Origin: Antedon mediterranea
Taxonomy: Eukaryota; Animalia; Echinodermata
Assembly (NCBI RefSeq): GCF_964355755.1
Contig: NC_092674.1
Location: 4,588,001 to 4,652,000, forward strand
DNA: 64,000 nucleotides
Direction: 5' to 3'
Shown here: in pieces, positions 1 through 13,600 of the stretch
Position numbering within the stretch: the first letter of the stretch is position 1
Layout: each line of letters opens with the position of its first letter
Made by a program: the position numbers and the translations under genes
Notes under the pieces: generated by a model
What the model saw: the letters and a program-made list of their open reading frames with translations, nothing else
What the model was told of the DNA's origin: nothing
Database searches by the model: none

Positions 1-671
1 CTCTATTCAGTGGGCATGTCATATCTTTATTGCGTCTTATTAGCATCCATGATCGTCCATACAAATTGTGGATACCACTTTAAATTGGACACACTATTAG
101 TATAATAGCAATTAACACAGGTCAATGTGTCATGTTTATTGGCGTGCATGGTATCGCAAAACTGTTAATACATTTTCTATGAAGTGCTCTTTCTTCGATT
201 AAGAAGTGAATACAGTAATTACTAAATTCTGTATGGAAATGAAAAATTAACTCGGTTACCGGCGCCAATATTAACACGCTAAAATGATTTCTCATAACGC
301 ATGAGAGACCTGGAATACGTGTCGAAATTTCAGGGATGTATGAGTGATAACTTACTTGATATTATTAGATGCGCTAAGATGATTATAAATATAATCATAT
401 TCATCTTTCTGTAATCCAATTTAAATATTATAAATGTATACGTTTCTTATCGCATTAAAATTCATCTGCTTCCAACAAATATTATTTGATAACAATTTCA
501 TTTACGTTGAAACTTACCCAGCGTTTCATGCGTTATCATCGCACTTTCTCAATGTTGTGATATCAGCTTGGTTTGCTGGTTAGTTTTACTTTAGTGTCAT
601 TAGGCCTATATTATCTATAATATTGTATAGGCTCAAATTTAGAAATATTAAAGAGGTACGTATAGGTATAA

Positions 672-790
672 AGCTATGTCTACACTATCAAACTTTATGT
701 GACAACAACAAAATGTGATGTGCCCATATATGGACATGATGACTACCACATTTGGGCACATCACACTTGTTTGATAGTGTAGACGGAGCT
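672..790. mobile_element. MITE family A (Tourist/Harbinger-like; TIR AGCTCTGTCTACACTATCAAACT, TWA flanks)
   Basis: About 18 full or partial copies at ~672, 2559, 3765, 3945, 10225, 11416, 12508, 13396, 14361, 17730, 22337, 41628, 44803, 45849, 47016, 48398, 61994, 62735. Confidence 0.88.
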
Positions 791-901
791 TTAAAATATG
801 TATACAATAACACGAGTACTATAATGAAGAATATCGTGAATATTATTGTTCATCTTTATTCACGTACGCACAACGCAATACAGCACATGTATTGTTGTTA
901 A

Positions 902-1080
902 AGCGTGGTTCCCACTAGCGACGCAACACAAGGACGTAACGCAACGCAAGTGAATTGACCAATCACAAGCGATGGCTTATTCGCTTGTGATTGCTAACTG
1001 TCTATAACTTCGCTTGTCATTGGTTAAAACGCTTGCGTTGCGTTTACGTCCTTGCGTTACGTTCTAGTGGGAACCACGCT
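902..1080. mobile_element. MITE family B (Harbinger-like; TIR AGCGTGGTTCCCACTAG, mostly TTA TSD)
   Basis: Long inverted arms. Near-identical copies at 33161, 43451 and 43681; variants at ~3602, 8694, 16250, 18760, 19293, 26750, 34288, 43072, 46157, 47425, 56295, 56869. Confidence 0.9.
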
Positions 1081-3007
1081 TTACCAAGTAAGAACCGCAT
1101 TAAAGTAAATCTAGGCTTAACGGTATTAACATCAAGTAACATCAGAATGCAAAAGAATTTGAACATAATCTCAGGATTTGATATAAAACACCAGTCTCTT
1201 TCCATGAACTACCATTTAAAAATGAATTAATTGTCAGAATAACTATCTTCAATCATTCCTTAAAATTACGAATTAAAATTTGGTCATAATTATACTGCTT
1301 AAAATCAGTGTATGTATAAACGGCAACTTCTTTTAAGAAGTTAAATTAAAATTAAAATTAAAATTTAAGATTAATTTAAGAAGACCGGATATTGTGTAAG
1401 TAGCATGATATGGGAAAAGATGATACGAAACCAAATCATTCTCTTTCAAAGAATAATATAAGAAAAAATTGTGACTCAATTATCGATGTTAATAACAAAA
1501 CAATAACCTCGGTCACAGAAACAGATACATTCAACCAAGACTGAGAAGTGACTTAGCTTGTAGAGCCAAGTATGCTAATTTTGTATTTATTTCTGACTGA
1601 TTATGTAGGCCTAATGCGTATGATAAATCAAAGTTCTTGGAAATTATCGGTGTTAAATTGTTAATAAATGCTTATTAATAACATCTTGTAATAAATTACA
1701 TCAATTAATAAGTATATTAATCATTACGAAAATTAATAATACAGTATATGAATCAGAAATGTGTCTAAAGAGTGCATGTGCCATAAGTATTGGCGAAGTT
1801 TTGTTTTCACGGCTACGCAACTTTTGAGTCCAACATGGTGCGCATGCTCATATGTTTCTGATCGTGTCCAGAACGACTCGATAGGCTCATAATCTAGGCT
1901 CAAATACTGGAAACATATTCCCATAATAATGCAGCTATAGTAATCAAACTGATCTAACTCCCGGTACCCATTTTATACACCTGTGTGGAGAGAGGCAACT
2001 GTAAGTGTCTTGCCTTAGGATACAAGCAATGCGGCGAAAGTTGGATTCGAACCACGATTTCACAATCAGTAATCCAACGTCTAACACGCTGCGCCACACG
2101 CCTTCTTTAATTAAAAAGTAACAGAGTACCATAGTGTACTGAACTGATGTTCATCAATGTCCGGAAAATCAGCGTTGAAAATGTGTAATAAAACGTCTAG
2201 TGCGCCTGTCGAGCTTGTTACGATGTCAGCGCACCATACGGCTATTCTGCACGTAAGGTTATTTACGATGAATGTATTTATTCTATGAGTTGATTGATCA
2301 GTGTTTTCATCATGTTGCAGTAACATAACTGTTGTTATGGTCTAAGGTAAAAAGGTCTTAAAATCTAGGCTACATAGCTAGGTCGAATGGTTTATATTAT
2401 AAAGGTTATATGAAAAGTACTGACGTACGACAGGATCATATTGTTGTGAACCTACGGTTTTAAATAATTCACTTAAAGCGTATATCACTGTATTTGTATT
2501 GTTAAAGTTACATAAACATGCTATTTGTGTATACGTAAGCAAAGTTTGGTTATACTGTAAAGTCTACACTATCAAAGTTTATGTGACAACAAAATGTGAT
2601 ATGGACCTGATGATGTCATATCACTACCATATTTGGACATATCACTATCATATTTGGGCACATCACACATTTTTGTCTAGTTTGATAGTGTAGACAGAGC
2701 TTAATGTAATTAAACTGTTGTTTTCTTTAACGCACGTTTTGAAATAGGCCTACAATAAACAATGTTTATGATTTAGTAAAAAAGAAAGCTTGCTGAAATT
2801 GCATAGTCGGGATAAAGAGTCGATAAGGTGTAATCAGAAAATAACGAAAAAAGTAGAAAACGGAAATTTAATGTACGAAAATGAAATGTGAACGAAATAT
2901 GTATGAAATGTTGAATGAATAAAGGTGGTGGTTAACCACAAAAGAGAGAAAAAAAAGTGTAGTTACTGAAGTTGCAGTAGAATAATGTTGGTATTATGGT
3001 CCATTAA

Positions 3008-3199
3008 GGTCAACGCAGACAGCGTCGTACGACGAGGCTCGACGAGTCTTCTCGTCGGAAGAAAGTTAAGAATGTTTAAAGTTCTTCTGACGACCTAAAA
3101 ATTACGCCCGACACTACCTCAGGACGACTCGTATCAGACCACACCGACGAGTCAAGAGGTTTCGTCGGGCCTCATCGTATGATGCTGTCTGAGTTGGCC
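3008..3199. mobile_element. Harbinger-like MITE with ~30-bp imperfect TIRs
   Basis: ggtcaacgcagacagcgtcgtacgacgagg … cctcatcgtatgatgctgtctgagttggcc; TAA/TTA flanks. Confidence 0.7.
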
Positions 3200-4844
3200 T
3201 TAACACATGAGAATGTGAATATGTGTCGCCTATACCTTACAAGAATGAGGATGAAATTAAAACTATGATAATTATAAATTCGATCACACTGTATTCCAAG
3301 AATTATGTACGACTATGTGTTACCTCTTTGATTAAGATCAGACTAATCAGTAGAATTAGATCGAATAATTAGATCAGTATCACACGACGAAGATTGTTTT
3401 AATTGGAGTTGATAGGCATGTTTAACAACTGCATGCCTACTGCGTACATGCAGAAAAGCAACGTGGTTAAATGCTGATATATCAGCATGTGTTTGCCCTA
3501 AGATGGTAGGATATTCGACCTAGCGTTTAGGCATAAACCCAGCTAATTAAAAGTAGTGTTTATATTATCTCAACTATGATCATTATCAGGTAGGCCTACT
3601 AAGGCTTGGTGATCCCACTAGGACGAAACGCAAGGACGTACTTAGGCTTGGTGATCCCACTAGGACGAAACGCAAGGACGTACGCGCAACACAATAAGTG
3701 ACCAATCACTTTATAGGGACAGATAAACCACCGAATAGTATCGTCTCTCTCATCTTTACCATAAATCTCTGTCTACACTATCAAACTTTATATGATAAAA
3801 AAATGTGATGATGTCATCACACTACCATATTCGGGCATATCACTACCATATTAGGGCATATCACACTTTTTGTTTAAACTATGTTTGATTCAAATAACGT
3901 ATTATCTTATATAAAAGAAAGAAATACAATGTTTTGTTTTAGCCCCAAACTAGTTTAACTTTATGGCCAAATATGGTAGTGATATGCCCAAAAATGATGA
4001 TATGACATCATCCATATATGGGCACATCACATTTTTTTGGTCACATAAAGTTTGATAGTGTAGACAGAGCTTAAGGGTATAATTTCTTGGATTTACTGTA
4101 GGTATAATGGCAATATTAAAAGGCAGGTATATGCCTACACGTCGACCACATCCTTGGACACTCACGTACACGTCACTGGATCACCACATACACGTAAATG
4201 ATACATAATATACATGACAATCCTATGCTATGTTTCATATATTTGTATTTTTATCATACAAAACCTACAAATATTTTTTTACCCTACTCCGTAGTTTTTC
4301 ATTAAGTCTATTTGCACGATGCGTGCCAGAATAATATAAAGGTCGATTTCAAATAAATTATGCCAAGATGAATTACAACAAGAAGCAAGAACTTATTAGA
4401 GATGTGATAATTGAGTATGTCACGTGACAATTGGTTATTAATTATGTTGCATTAATAATAGTAACTCGATAATGACAAATGCATAGTGGAACATTGAGGG
4501 CGCACAACATATAATAATACAAGTTCGGTGCGTGTTCGTGTTTCAAAATTATGATTTCCAAGAATAACTCGAATTAAAATTTGGGTGGCGTCAAATAAAT
4601 GTAATTATATTTCGTCATTATATTTTTTCACGATTAATATATTGTTAACTGGGTAACTTGTAATAAGTGTAGTATTTTAATAGTATTTTCCTTTATAAAA
4701 TTACGTTCTACTTAAATGTTGTCGATAAATAAGTGCGTGATTAATATTGTTAAACAGTTATTTTTGTAATATGGTACCATATCATAAAACCCCCAAAAGA
4801 GGCCCAGTGGGCTTCTTTTCGAGGATTTACAATATATAAATGTT

Positions 4845-5390
4845 AAACTCGGAGCTGCCCTTTAAGTGTTTAAATGATATCACCAAGTTGGTGGCACTCT
4901 TACTATTTAGGTCTAATATATTAAGCTTTTCATAATGTTTTTAAATTATGTTCATAACGCGATAACACTTTGGATGTAAACGTTATCTGAATGATTCAAA
5001 TAACAACATAATATTATATATTAATATCAATAAATACATTTTAAAACTGGAGCTATCCTTTAAAGCGCAAAGGAAGTAAGAATGATGTTGGTGGCGCTTT
5101 TCCATATGGACACTGAGCTTGTAATGTTGTACATAACGTGGTAACACTTTGGATGTAAACGCTATCTAAATGATTTAAATAACAACATAACATTATACAT
5201 TTATATTATTATACAATAGTAGTAGGCCTATACATCAAACAATATACATCTTGAAACTGGAGCTATCCTTTAAAGTGCAAATAAAGTGAGTAGAATAATA
5301 ATGTTGGTGGCGCTCTTTCACGGGAACATTAAGCTTGAGTAATTATTGTTTCTATAATTAACAACGCGATATAATGTGGAATGTAAACAT
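4845..5390. repeat. Diverged tandem triplication of a ~200-210-bp unit
   Basis: aaact(c)ggagct..ccttta / gttggtggc / ggatgtaaac blocks recur at ~4845, 5043, 5254. Confidence 0.8.
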
Positions 5391-5614
5391 CATTAATTCG
5401 ATTAACAAAATATTATTATACTGTAGTAACAAAAGATTACTAAAACATTGTTCTGAATAAAATGTTTGTTAAAATATTGTTACAGTGAATAATAAAACAG
5501 AAACAATTTGAATATGGATGCTTTACTAGAAAACGAGAAAAAAAAATCTATTAACAAAGTTATACTATTACTACTCATATAAAAAAAAAATACTGGTAGT
5601 GGATGGGCACTATC

Positions 5615-5753
5615 TAGTCTGGTTTTCAGACGGAGTTTTGACTTAATATTAGTAAAAAAGATAAATATTTTGGCATTTACGGCGTTTCATACGTATACTA
5701 CTTCAGCTTGTATTTTCAGACAAAAAAAAAGACAATAAATTGGGGGAAGTCTA
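5615..5753 (+). mobile_element. MITE family C, TAG…CTA termini, 9-bp TSD (AcademH-like)
   Basis: GGCACTATC on both flanks; core ggcacatatggcgtttcatacgt; other copies at ~10900-11027, 15293-15390, 26857-27039, 29170-29310, 45399-45540, 61850-61950. Confidence 0.78.
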
Positions 5754-7047
5754 GGCACTATCTAGTTAGAAAATAATTCGTCATCGTAAGGCGTTATGGC
5801 ATACAGTAGTCGGATGCGGGGTGAAAAGATGTCCCAGGTTAATCGACTGTTTAGAAAGAGAGAATTCGGCTTCGTTCGAAAGATTGTTGAATACAAAGTT
5901 TCGGGATTATATATATTTATACTGTACTTCTCGGATTGAGGGAGTGACGTGTATCATACCTATTACCAGATGAACTAGTTGTGTGAAATTTAATCTTATC
6001 TATGTGTTAATCATAGTGTCATAAGGACAATTTGAATTTCTAATAATCTACTTTAAGAACAACGACGACGTATAAATTACGAAATTATATGAAATGAATT
6101 ATAGATATTAAGATATCCAGTGGACGTCATTAGCTAATAGCTAGCATTGTTCCAAATCTGTTCGTATATTTTATCAATATTGATATGCATTGCCAACAGC
6201 CAGTTCTAGGAGTTTCGTATACTATGAAACCGTGCAAAGTTACAACCGCTAATGTAGGAAACGCCAGCTATAAATGTCGAAACAACCGGTAATGTAAAAC
6301 AATCCACCGCTAATGTAGTAAAACCCCCAGCTTATGTAGTAAATACAAATCACCCTTCTGTATGCGCCAAGACAAGTATATTCTCGATTAGTAAATAATG
6401 ATTAATATATTGCACGGCTGCGGTAAGTCTATACCACTACAGACAATATTTAAATAACTTATAATCATGATTAATTTCTAATTGTTTTTAAACGGTAAAT
6501 ACATAGTCAGAGCTAAGGGTCTTCTCTGAGCTACCAAGACAATGTCTAATACAACTGCCTGTGTCCTTTCAGTTTTTATTCTCGAATGTTGAATATCAGA
6601 CTGACAGCCTCCCATACCTCCTTCCGCAAAAAGGGTAGGTACGACTCTAGCTGCCGGAAAATATCTCCCTTAATTTTGCATACCCTAAATAATGCAAAAT
6701 AAATCACGGAGAAAATGCGCATACTGATTTACTATTAGAAAATCAATTCATATCACTCATAATATAATTCATTACATGCTATAGGCCTAAGTATTTTGTT
6801 TCAATGTAACGTGTATCTCCTTAATCGTAAACCATCCTATGGGAATTATTTTACATTTATGTACTCATATTACCGCATAATTATGTATATGTTACAATAT
6901 AGAATTATGCCTTAATAAATACCAGAGAGTGGAGGAAATTACAACTTGGACCCAAAAAAGCTACAACCTATTAATAATAATATTAACTTTAATAATAAGA
7001 ATATGGTTATGATATTATTTTAATGACCGCCATCTTCAATTACGCGA

Positions 7048-7275
7048 AACGGAACAAGTGTGAATGCAGCTTTATGAAATCGACATTCGGAACAAGTGTG
7101 AATGCAGTTTTATGGAATCGACATTCCGAACAAGTGTGAATGCAGCTTTATGAAATCAACATTCGGACCAAGTATGATTTAGCTTTATGGAATTGACATT
7201 CGGAACAAGTGTGAATGAAGCTTTATGGAATCGACATTCGGAAGTGTGAACGTACTGTAGCATTTCGGATCGAGA
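7048..7275. repeat. ~38-bp tandem repeat (CGGAACAAGTGTGAATGCAGCTTTATGGAATCGACATT), ~6 copies
   Basis: Direct inspection. Confidence 0.9.
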
Positions 7276-8693
7276 TTCACGTCATGTCATTAACATCATC
7301 TGTTTTCCTCTTTTGAAAAATACCTAAATTCGTCATGCCTAATTCATCCGACAATATTACAAACATGTTGTCGCTCATTGTAGGAAATTATCAAAGGAAA
7401 GTGTTCCAAAAAGTCTGAAAAATGATGGTTTTCGATTGGCAGTTGATATAGCGTACTGTACTGTACGGTTAGGTGAATTAATATACCATGTTGATATTCC
7501 TATATTTAACTACCTGATGCAAACATCAACACAACTCACTTTATATGGTAATGATGTGAGCCGATTATTAAGATAAACAATATGTCTTAATAAAGTTTGC
7601 AAAATGAATGAAGGTTTAATAGACAGTACAGTACAGCTACCAGTATACAGAGTGCGCTGGAAGCTATTTTAACGTAGAATAGAAAATTAAATACTGTATA
7701 ACGAATGATTCATTAGATGCCTTAATTTCATTAGTTAATGCAACGCCGCAAAACGCTAACTTCAAAAAAAGCGTTCAAACAAGTAGGCCTACAACCAACA
7801 GGTTTGTTTGTTAAACTGTGGCTGCGGGGTCGACTCTCACCCTGGGCTTTCTCTCTTTTAAAGCCTACATAATCTCAGTATGTCTTAATGAATATTCATG
7901 AATACAAACCAATCTATTCTTGATTACAAATACGCGTTATGTACAACACTATACTATAATGGACAGTTCTCGTTGTGCACTAAAAGCTTTCAGGCCCCAA
8001 TAGGTTGAAACGAAAGTGAATAGAGTACTGTATATACGAGAAAAAAGAAGATCTATCACGTTTAATAGAAATGATATAATCAAATAATAATTTAATATAA
8101 ACACGTATGTGGTAGATTTCCGATTTATTAGACAGGAAACGCGTCATACGTCAACTTATGTTGCCATTTGATGACGCGAATATTGCTATTAAGCATCATT
8201 TCGGAAGTATTGCCTTACATTCGCATCTTCAATTAGAGCACAGTAGCCACATTGATGATAAATGAATCAACATTATCAACGTTCAATAACTGTCTATTTA
8301 TCATCATAATGTTACCATCGTACTAAAGGTCCGTACTAAATGATCATTTAAAGTAGCCAGACCTACATTTCGCTTACGTTTTGAAAATACCGTTTTGACA
8401 AAAGACGCCCAACGGTACGAGGCGCCGTTCGGGACATTGTTAATAAATTAACAATGTCCCAAACGGTGCCCTGTAGAACGGCCGTCCGACCCATTGTCTG
8501 CTGTTACTACAAATGTTTGCCAGGGTCCATTCAAATGATTAGTTATTTACCAGGGTAAGTTGGCCATCAAACGCTTTGGGTAGTTGCATTGTATACCGGG
8601 GTAGTTGCATTGTATAATCATGCTCTGAGTCCCCTTAAGCTCTGGGCCTATGGGTTTAGCCAGTGAGCGCTCTGACTACAAATTCACCCTTTA

Positions 8694-8955
8694 AGCGTGA
8701 CAAGCCACTGTTCGAATAATCCATCGCTTGTGATTGGTCAAATCACTTAAGCTTGCTTCCCACTAGCGACGCAACGCAAGGACGTTTTGCAACGTAAGTA
8801 ATTTAACCAATCACAAGCGATGGATTATTCGAACAGTGGCTTGCCATTGGTCAACTCGCTTGCGTTGTGCGTACGTCCTATGGTTGCGTCTCTAGTGGGA
8901 ACCACGCTTTACGTTGCGTTACATCCTTGCGTTGCGTGAGAGTGTGAACCAAGCT
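8694..8955. mobile_element. Nested MITE B (inner copy 8750-8908, TTA TSD)
   Basis: TTA at 8747-49 and 8909-11; outer element resumes in register. Confidence 0.82.
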
Positions 8956-9317
8956 TTACATGTTTTCGGCGTTTCACAAAGAACTCGTTAAATTCCTTGG
9001 TACTTTCAGACAATCTAATTAAACATCACATGTACATTCACATGTCTCACTGGCAGATAACAACGATAGATTCATGTTAAATACGTCGTCTATAATTGCA
9101 ATCAAGCATTCTCAACATTCACTGTAAAGTGCATGTCAATTACTAAAGTACTTTTAAATAACATAAGAGTTTTGTCCGAATCTATACACTCGGGAATAAA
9201 ATGGGCACTTGACAGAAGGACCACGATATACTGTCAGTGAACATTTTTATTTGAAAAGCTTCATTGCAAGAACTGATGATCTTTAGTTATATAAATAGAA
9301 AAATTGAAATTAAATAT

Positions 9318-9530
9318 ACCAACTGAAATTAAATATTCCCCAACAATTGCTTCATTCAAAGCTAGATATTGGATCTCATTTTTTTTTTTCACAAAACTAA
9401 ACATTTTTTTTCCTGATTTTTTTTTTTTATTCAAGACAGGACCACAATGCAAAACCGGTTTTTCTTTTACCTGATTGTGTAATCCTGTATAAAGATGTTG
9501 TTAAATAAACAAATTAAATAAATAAATACA
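9318..9530 (+). mobile_element. Same LINE 3' fragment, 5'-truncated
   Basis: High similarity to 22776-22960. Confidence 0.78.
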
Positions 9531-11415
9531 TTTTTATTGCATTTTTCATAAACAATTGTTATGAATGTTTATAATAAGGTAATTTTACTACGGTACAATG
9601 TTCTTTAGCTGTATTATGGCTTGAGAAACTATGTCAAGCCGCGGCCGAATGCACTGTTTGATCCTCTTGGAAGAACTACACCCGCCAGCATCAAATGCTT
9701 TCAGCTCGAAGAGTCGGGCGCGGCTAAGCGGATAGAGTAGAAATCTAACAGTGTAAATATTGGCGCCTGGAAACGTAACCCGAAGGCATTCTCTCTCCTA
9801 CAAAATAAATAATGTGAATGGAATTCGACCAAATAAATGTTATTTTGTCCTCATTTTTTAAATTTTGTTTGTAATAATAGGCCTACTCAGAATAACATCA
9901 CCATTCGAATGACGCCTCATTTATGATTTTCCTTAACGTTTGAAAATAGTTCTGGCCGATTAAATAGTTATGGGCGATTAAAAAGATAATTTAAATATTT
10001 GCGTAATCATTTTGAAAGTATATGCATGTATTTTATGGATAGGTAACGATTATTATGTTTATCTCTAGACATTTTAATAATATAAGAGTGAAATTTCAAT
10101 TTTTTTGGCTGAATCGTCGCTCTTTTGAGGAGTTAGTGGCTTATGGACTACTTCTAAGGGAGTAAAAATCACTAATTTCAGTCAATTTTAACCACTCTTA
10201 AAGAGTGAAAACTCATTTTTCTTAAAGCCCTGTCTACACTACCAAACTAGTGATGTGCTCAAATATGGTAGTGATATGACATCATCATGTCTATATATGG
10301 GCACATCGCATTGTTTTGTCATATAAAGTTTGATAGTGTAGACACTAGAGTGAAAACAGCTTCACTCTAAACAACGAGTGATTTTTTTACATGTTTAAGA
10401 GAGAAAGGAGGATCAAGAATAATATGGAGAAAGGAGAATCAAGAGTATGGAGAAAATAGGATTAGTAAGATTAGTGTATCTGGATTAGTGTAGGCCACAC
10501 ACCATATTAGCTAATTAATAAGATGATTAAAAACTTGCATTATAATTGTACCTTTTTGTCTATAGGTGTTACAAATAATAGTATGTAATAAAAGGCCTTC
10601 TAAGGTATATGTTTTAGATTCTAAGATTACTGACACAAACATCGTTAGGCCCGTATTGTTTACAGGATGGTCACAAGTGCGTATGACGTCATTGTAGTGC
10701 CATGTGTAGTTAGTTCACAATCTATATTGATTAATTAAGTGATCCATCTACCTTACACAGATAGACTTAAGTGTTCGATCATTCGTTTGATGTGCTGTAC
10801 ATCACCGATAGTAAACAAGACATCACGTACATAAAGGATTACAGCAATGTAGCTGTTATGGACAGTATTTTGAAGAGAACGTCTGCACTGTAGTTATTGT
10901 GTTTTTTATGTTCGTCCACCAGTCGGCGTTTCGATTTTTGTCGGAATACTACGAGCTCATGTATTATACGTATGAAACGCCATATGTGCCAACATATTTC
11001 CTAATTTCGGTCTAGAACCTAGACTATAAGGAAGATACCTAACAATGGTACGATATATAAACGAGGTTCCAACGTAAGCAAGTAATTTGACCAATCACGA
11101 TTGGTCAACTAACTTGCAATAGGATGGCATCATCAGCGTTTTCGGTTACTTCATCAACCTCTAATAGGGAACCGAAGACTCTGTAAACACATTATTATTA
11201 ATATTATTAATATTATTATTATACGGCACAAGTACTTTCTTATATAGTAAGGGTGTGGTTTATGTATATGTGGGTAGATATCGGAGTAATAGAAACACGT
11301 AGATTACTGGCACATTCTACAGGGTAAATAAAATGTGAACGATAGTCAAGGGAGACATTTTTATCCCATTTATGTGACCAACGGATACAAAATACTTTCT
11401 ACGATGGAACCTAAA

Positions 11416-11557
11416 GATCTGTCTACACTATCAAACTTTATGTGACAACAAAATGTGATGTGCCCACATAAATGGACATGATGAAGTCATATCCCTACCA
11501 TATTTGGGCATATCACACTTTTTTTTGTCAAACTAGTTTGAAAGTGTAGACAGAGCT
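11416..11557. mobile_element. MITE family A copy
   Basis: Both TIRs and internal catatcactaccatatttggg core. Confidence 0.85.
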
Positions 11558-12507
11558 TACGACAGAATAAGAAAGAGTTTACATATCGTGGTGTCCAATC
11601 ATGGAATAACCTAACCGATAGACACCTAAAGTCGAAAGAAAATTTAAATTGTACAATTGTATACTTTACTGAATGTTTGGGTAGTTATTTATTTTATCTG
11701 TATTTATTATATATAATATTCCTAGTACCTGTACTGTTATATTATAGTCTGTATATAGGCTACATGGCCACGGCCTCGTAGAAGAACACATTTCTGCCGG
11801 TTAACGAGTTTTTAATCCGTTACAAAATAAGGATTATTATTATTATTATAAATTCATATTCTCTAAAGTACAAATACCGATATTTGAAAAATTAAGGTCT
11901 ATTAAAAACAAAATAATACGAATAATGATGATCTTTTCATTTCTAATATAAACTGCCTAATACTAAATTATAAAAATAATAATAAATGATTGTCTGTTTA
12001 ACAATAGGTAGCTAATGTAATAATATTATTATAAATAAACTTACCAGTAATTTTAAAGCATTTAAATTACCATGACAATATAGGCCTAACATTTCTGGTG
12101 AAAGTGAACAATATAGAATATGTAAAACAGCGTCATTATGGACTTTAGAATTGTAACCAAAATGATTATGCGCATACAGTATTTGCTCAATCAATTGCTA
12201 CAAAAACAAATATACATTTCCGATGTGCGTACTTAACAATACAGAGTGAAGACAGTAGAGTAGACTATTAAGCAAACCACTGTAAAACATAGTTTAGTGG
12301 GAAAATGGAACAACACATTCACAAATTGGTTAACTAGAATCTTTCTCGAGGCTCTAATGATGTTTGTTTGTGTACGGCGTTCTATTCTTGTCAAACTGCT
12401 TGTAAATGTTGGCATTGTACGTATTTTTAAAATATAAAAATAGTAAATAAGTAAATACTAAACTGACCTTTTACTAATTTCTCATGTTTCTTACGTTCTT
12501 TGCAAAA

Positions 12508-12652
12508 AGCTCTGTCTACACTATCACACTAATGTGATGTGCCCAAATATTTTTAGTGATATTAAATATGGCAGTAATATGACATCATCGTGTCCATATA
12601 TGGGCATATCACATTGTTTTTGTCAGACTAGTTTGATAGTGTAGACAGAGCT
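12508..12652. mobile_element. MITE family A copy
   Basis: Both TIRs. Confidence 0.85.
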
Positions 12653-13395
12653 TTACATTAATTTGTTTTCAAGAAAGGGAAGAAAAATATTCTACATGAG
12701 AACAAATCTTCGTTTACAGAAATGACATGACTTTGAATAACTCTCTCAAAAAAAGTTTGTGCACGAAAAATAAAAATCAATTAAATATTATTTTTCCACT
12801 AAGCTGCGAATTGATTCGCGAGAAGTAAGAGTCATGTATGCGCATGCGTATTTTAATTAACGTTTTTGCGATGTGAAAAGAATGCGCTACTAATGAAAGC
12901 TCAATAAATGTATGATTCCCGCAAATAGATTCGCAAATAGTCGATAACAAGATTAAGAACATATCTGATTAGAACAATTGTAAATGTCATGAATCTTGTC
13001 TTCATCCAACTTATTCAAGATCCACTTTTAGAAATGCCAAACAGTGTGAATAACAGCTAGAAATATGTATAACTAAGTAACTTGGCACATTATTATATAT
13101 GACGTGAATAATCTGCCAAGTTCGACTTCTTTAGTACTGCAATGTTACCTCCATTATTCACTCTCTGCAGACAGATAAAATTAGTAGTTACATGTTTAGA
13201 CATGGACTGTTGATACTAGCTATAACATTTGTATTATTAATTCTTTATCCGAGGATTTCCAATTCGTCAGTTTGTTTAATACGTTAAATATTGCAAGTAT
13301 AAAACAACACAAGTAAAAAATGGAGCTGTAATATGTAGAGTAATAAAGAAAGTGGGCCATGATGATCTAGCTTAATAATACTATTGTTGTCTACA

Positions 13396-13600
13396 ATGTG
13401 GTCAAATATGGTAGTGATATTCCCAAATATGGTAGTGATATTCCCAAATATGGTAGTGATATTCCCAAATATGGTAGTGATATTCACAAATATGGTAGTG
13501 ATATTCCCAAATATGGTAGTGATATGACATCATCATGTCCATATATTATGTGCACATCACATTTTTTTGTTACATAAAGTTTGATAGTGTAGACAGAGCT
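13396..13600. mobile_element. MITE family A copy with a 6x expanded 21-bp internal unit
   Basis: (AAATATGGTAGTGATATTCCC)n plus right TIR. Confidence 0.85.

Noticed and set aside
991-1230. ORFs [11 protein letters not shown]… (also 43540 and 56864)
   Set aside because: Frames read through MITE family B; no coding signature
2181-2252. Possible plus-strand first exon MCNKTSSAPVELV…|gtaagg
   Set aside because: No homology or downstream exon found; chance ATG-donor pairs are common
9637-9800. GC-rich hairpin with PBS-like TGGCGCC
   Set aside because: Weak tRNA match, no LTR pair or gag/pol
13284-13487. NITTIFG repeat ORF
   Set aside because: 21-bp internal repeat of MITE A
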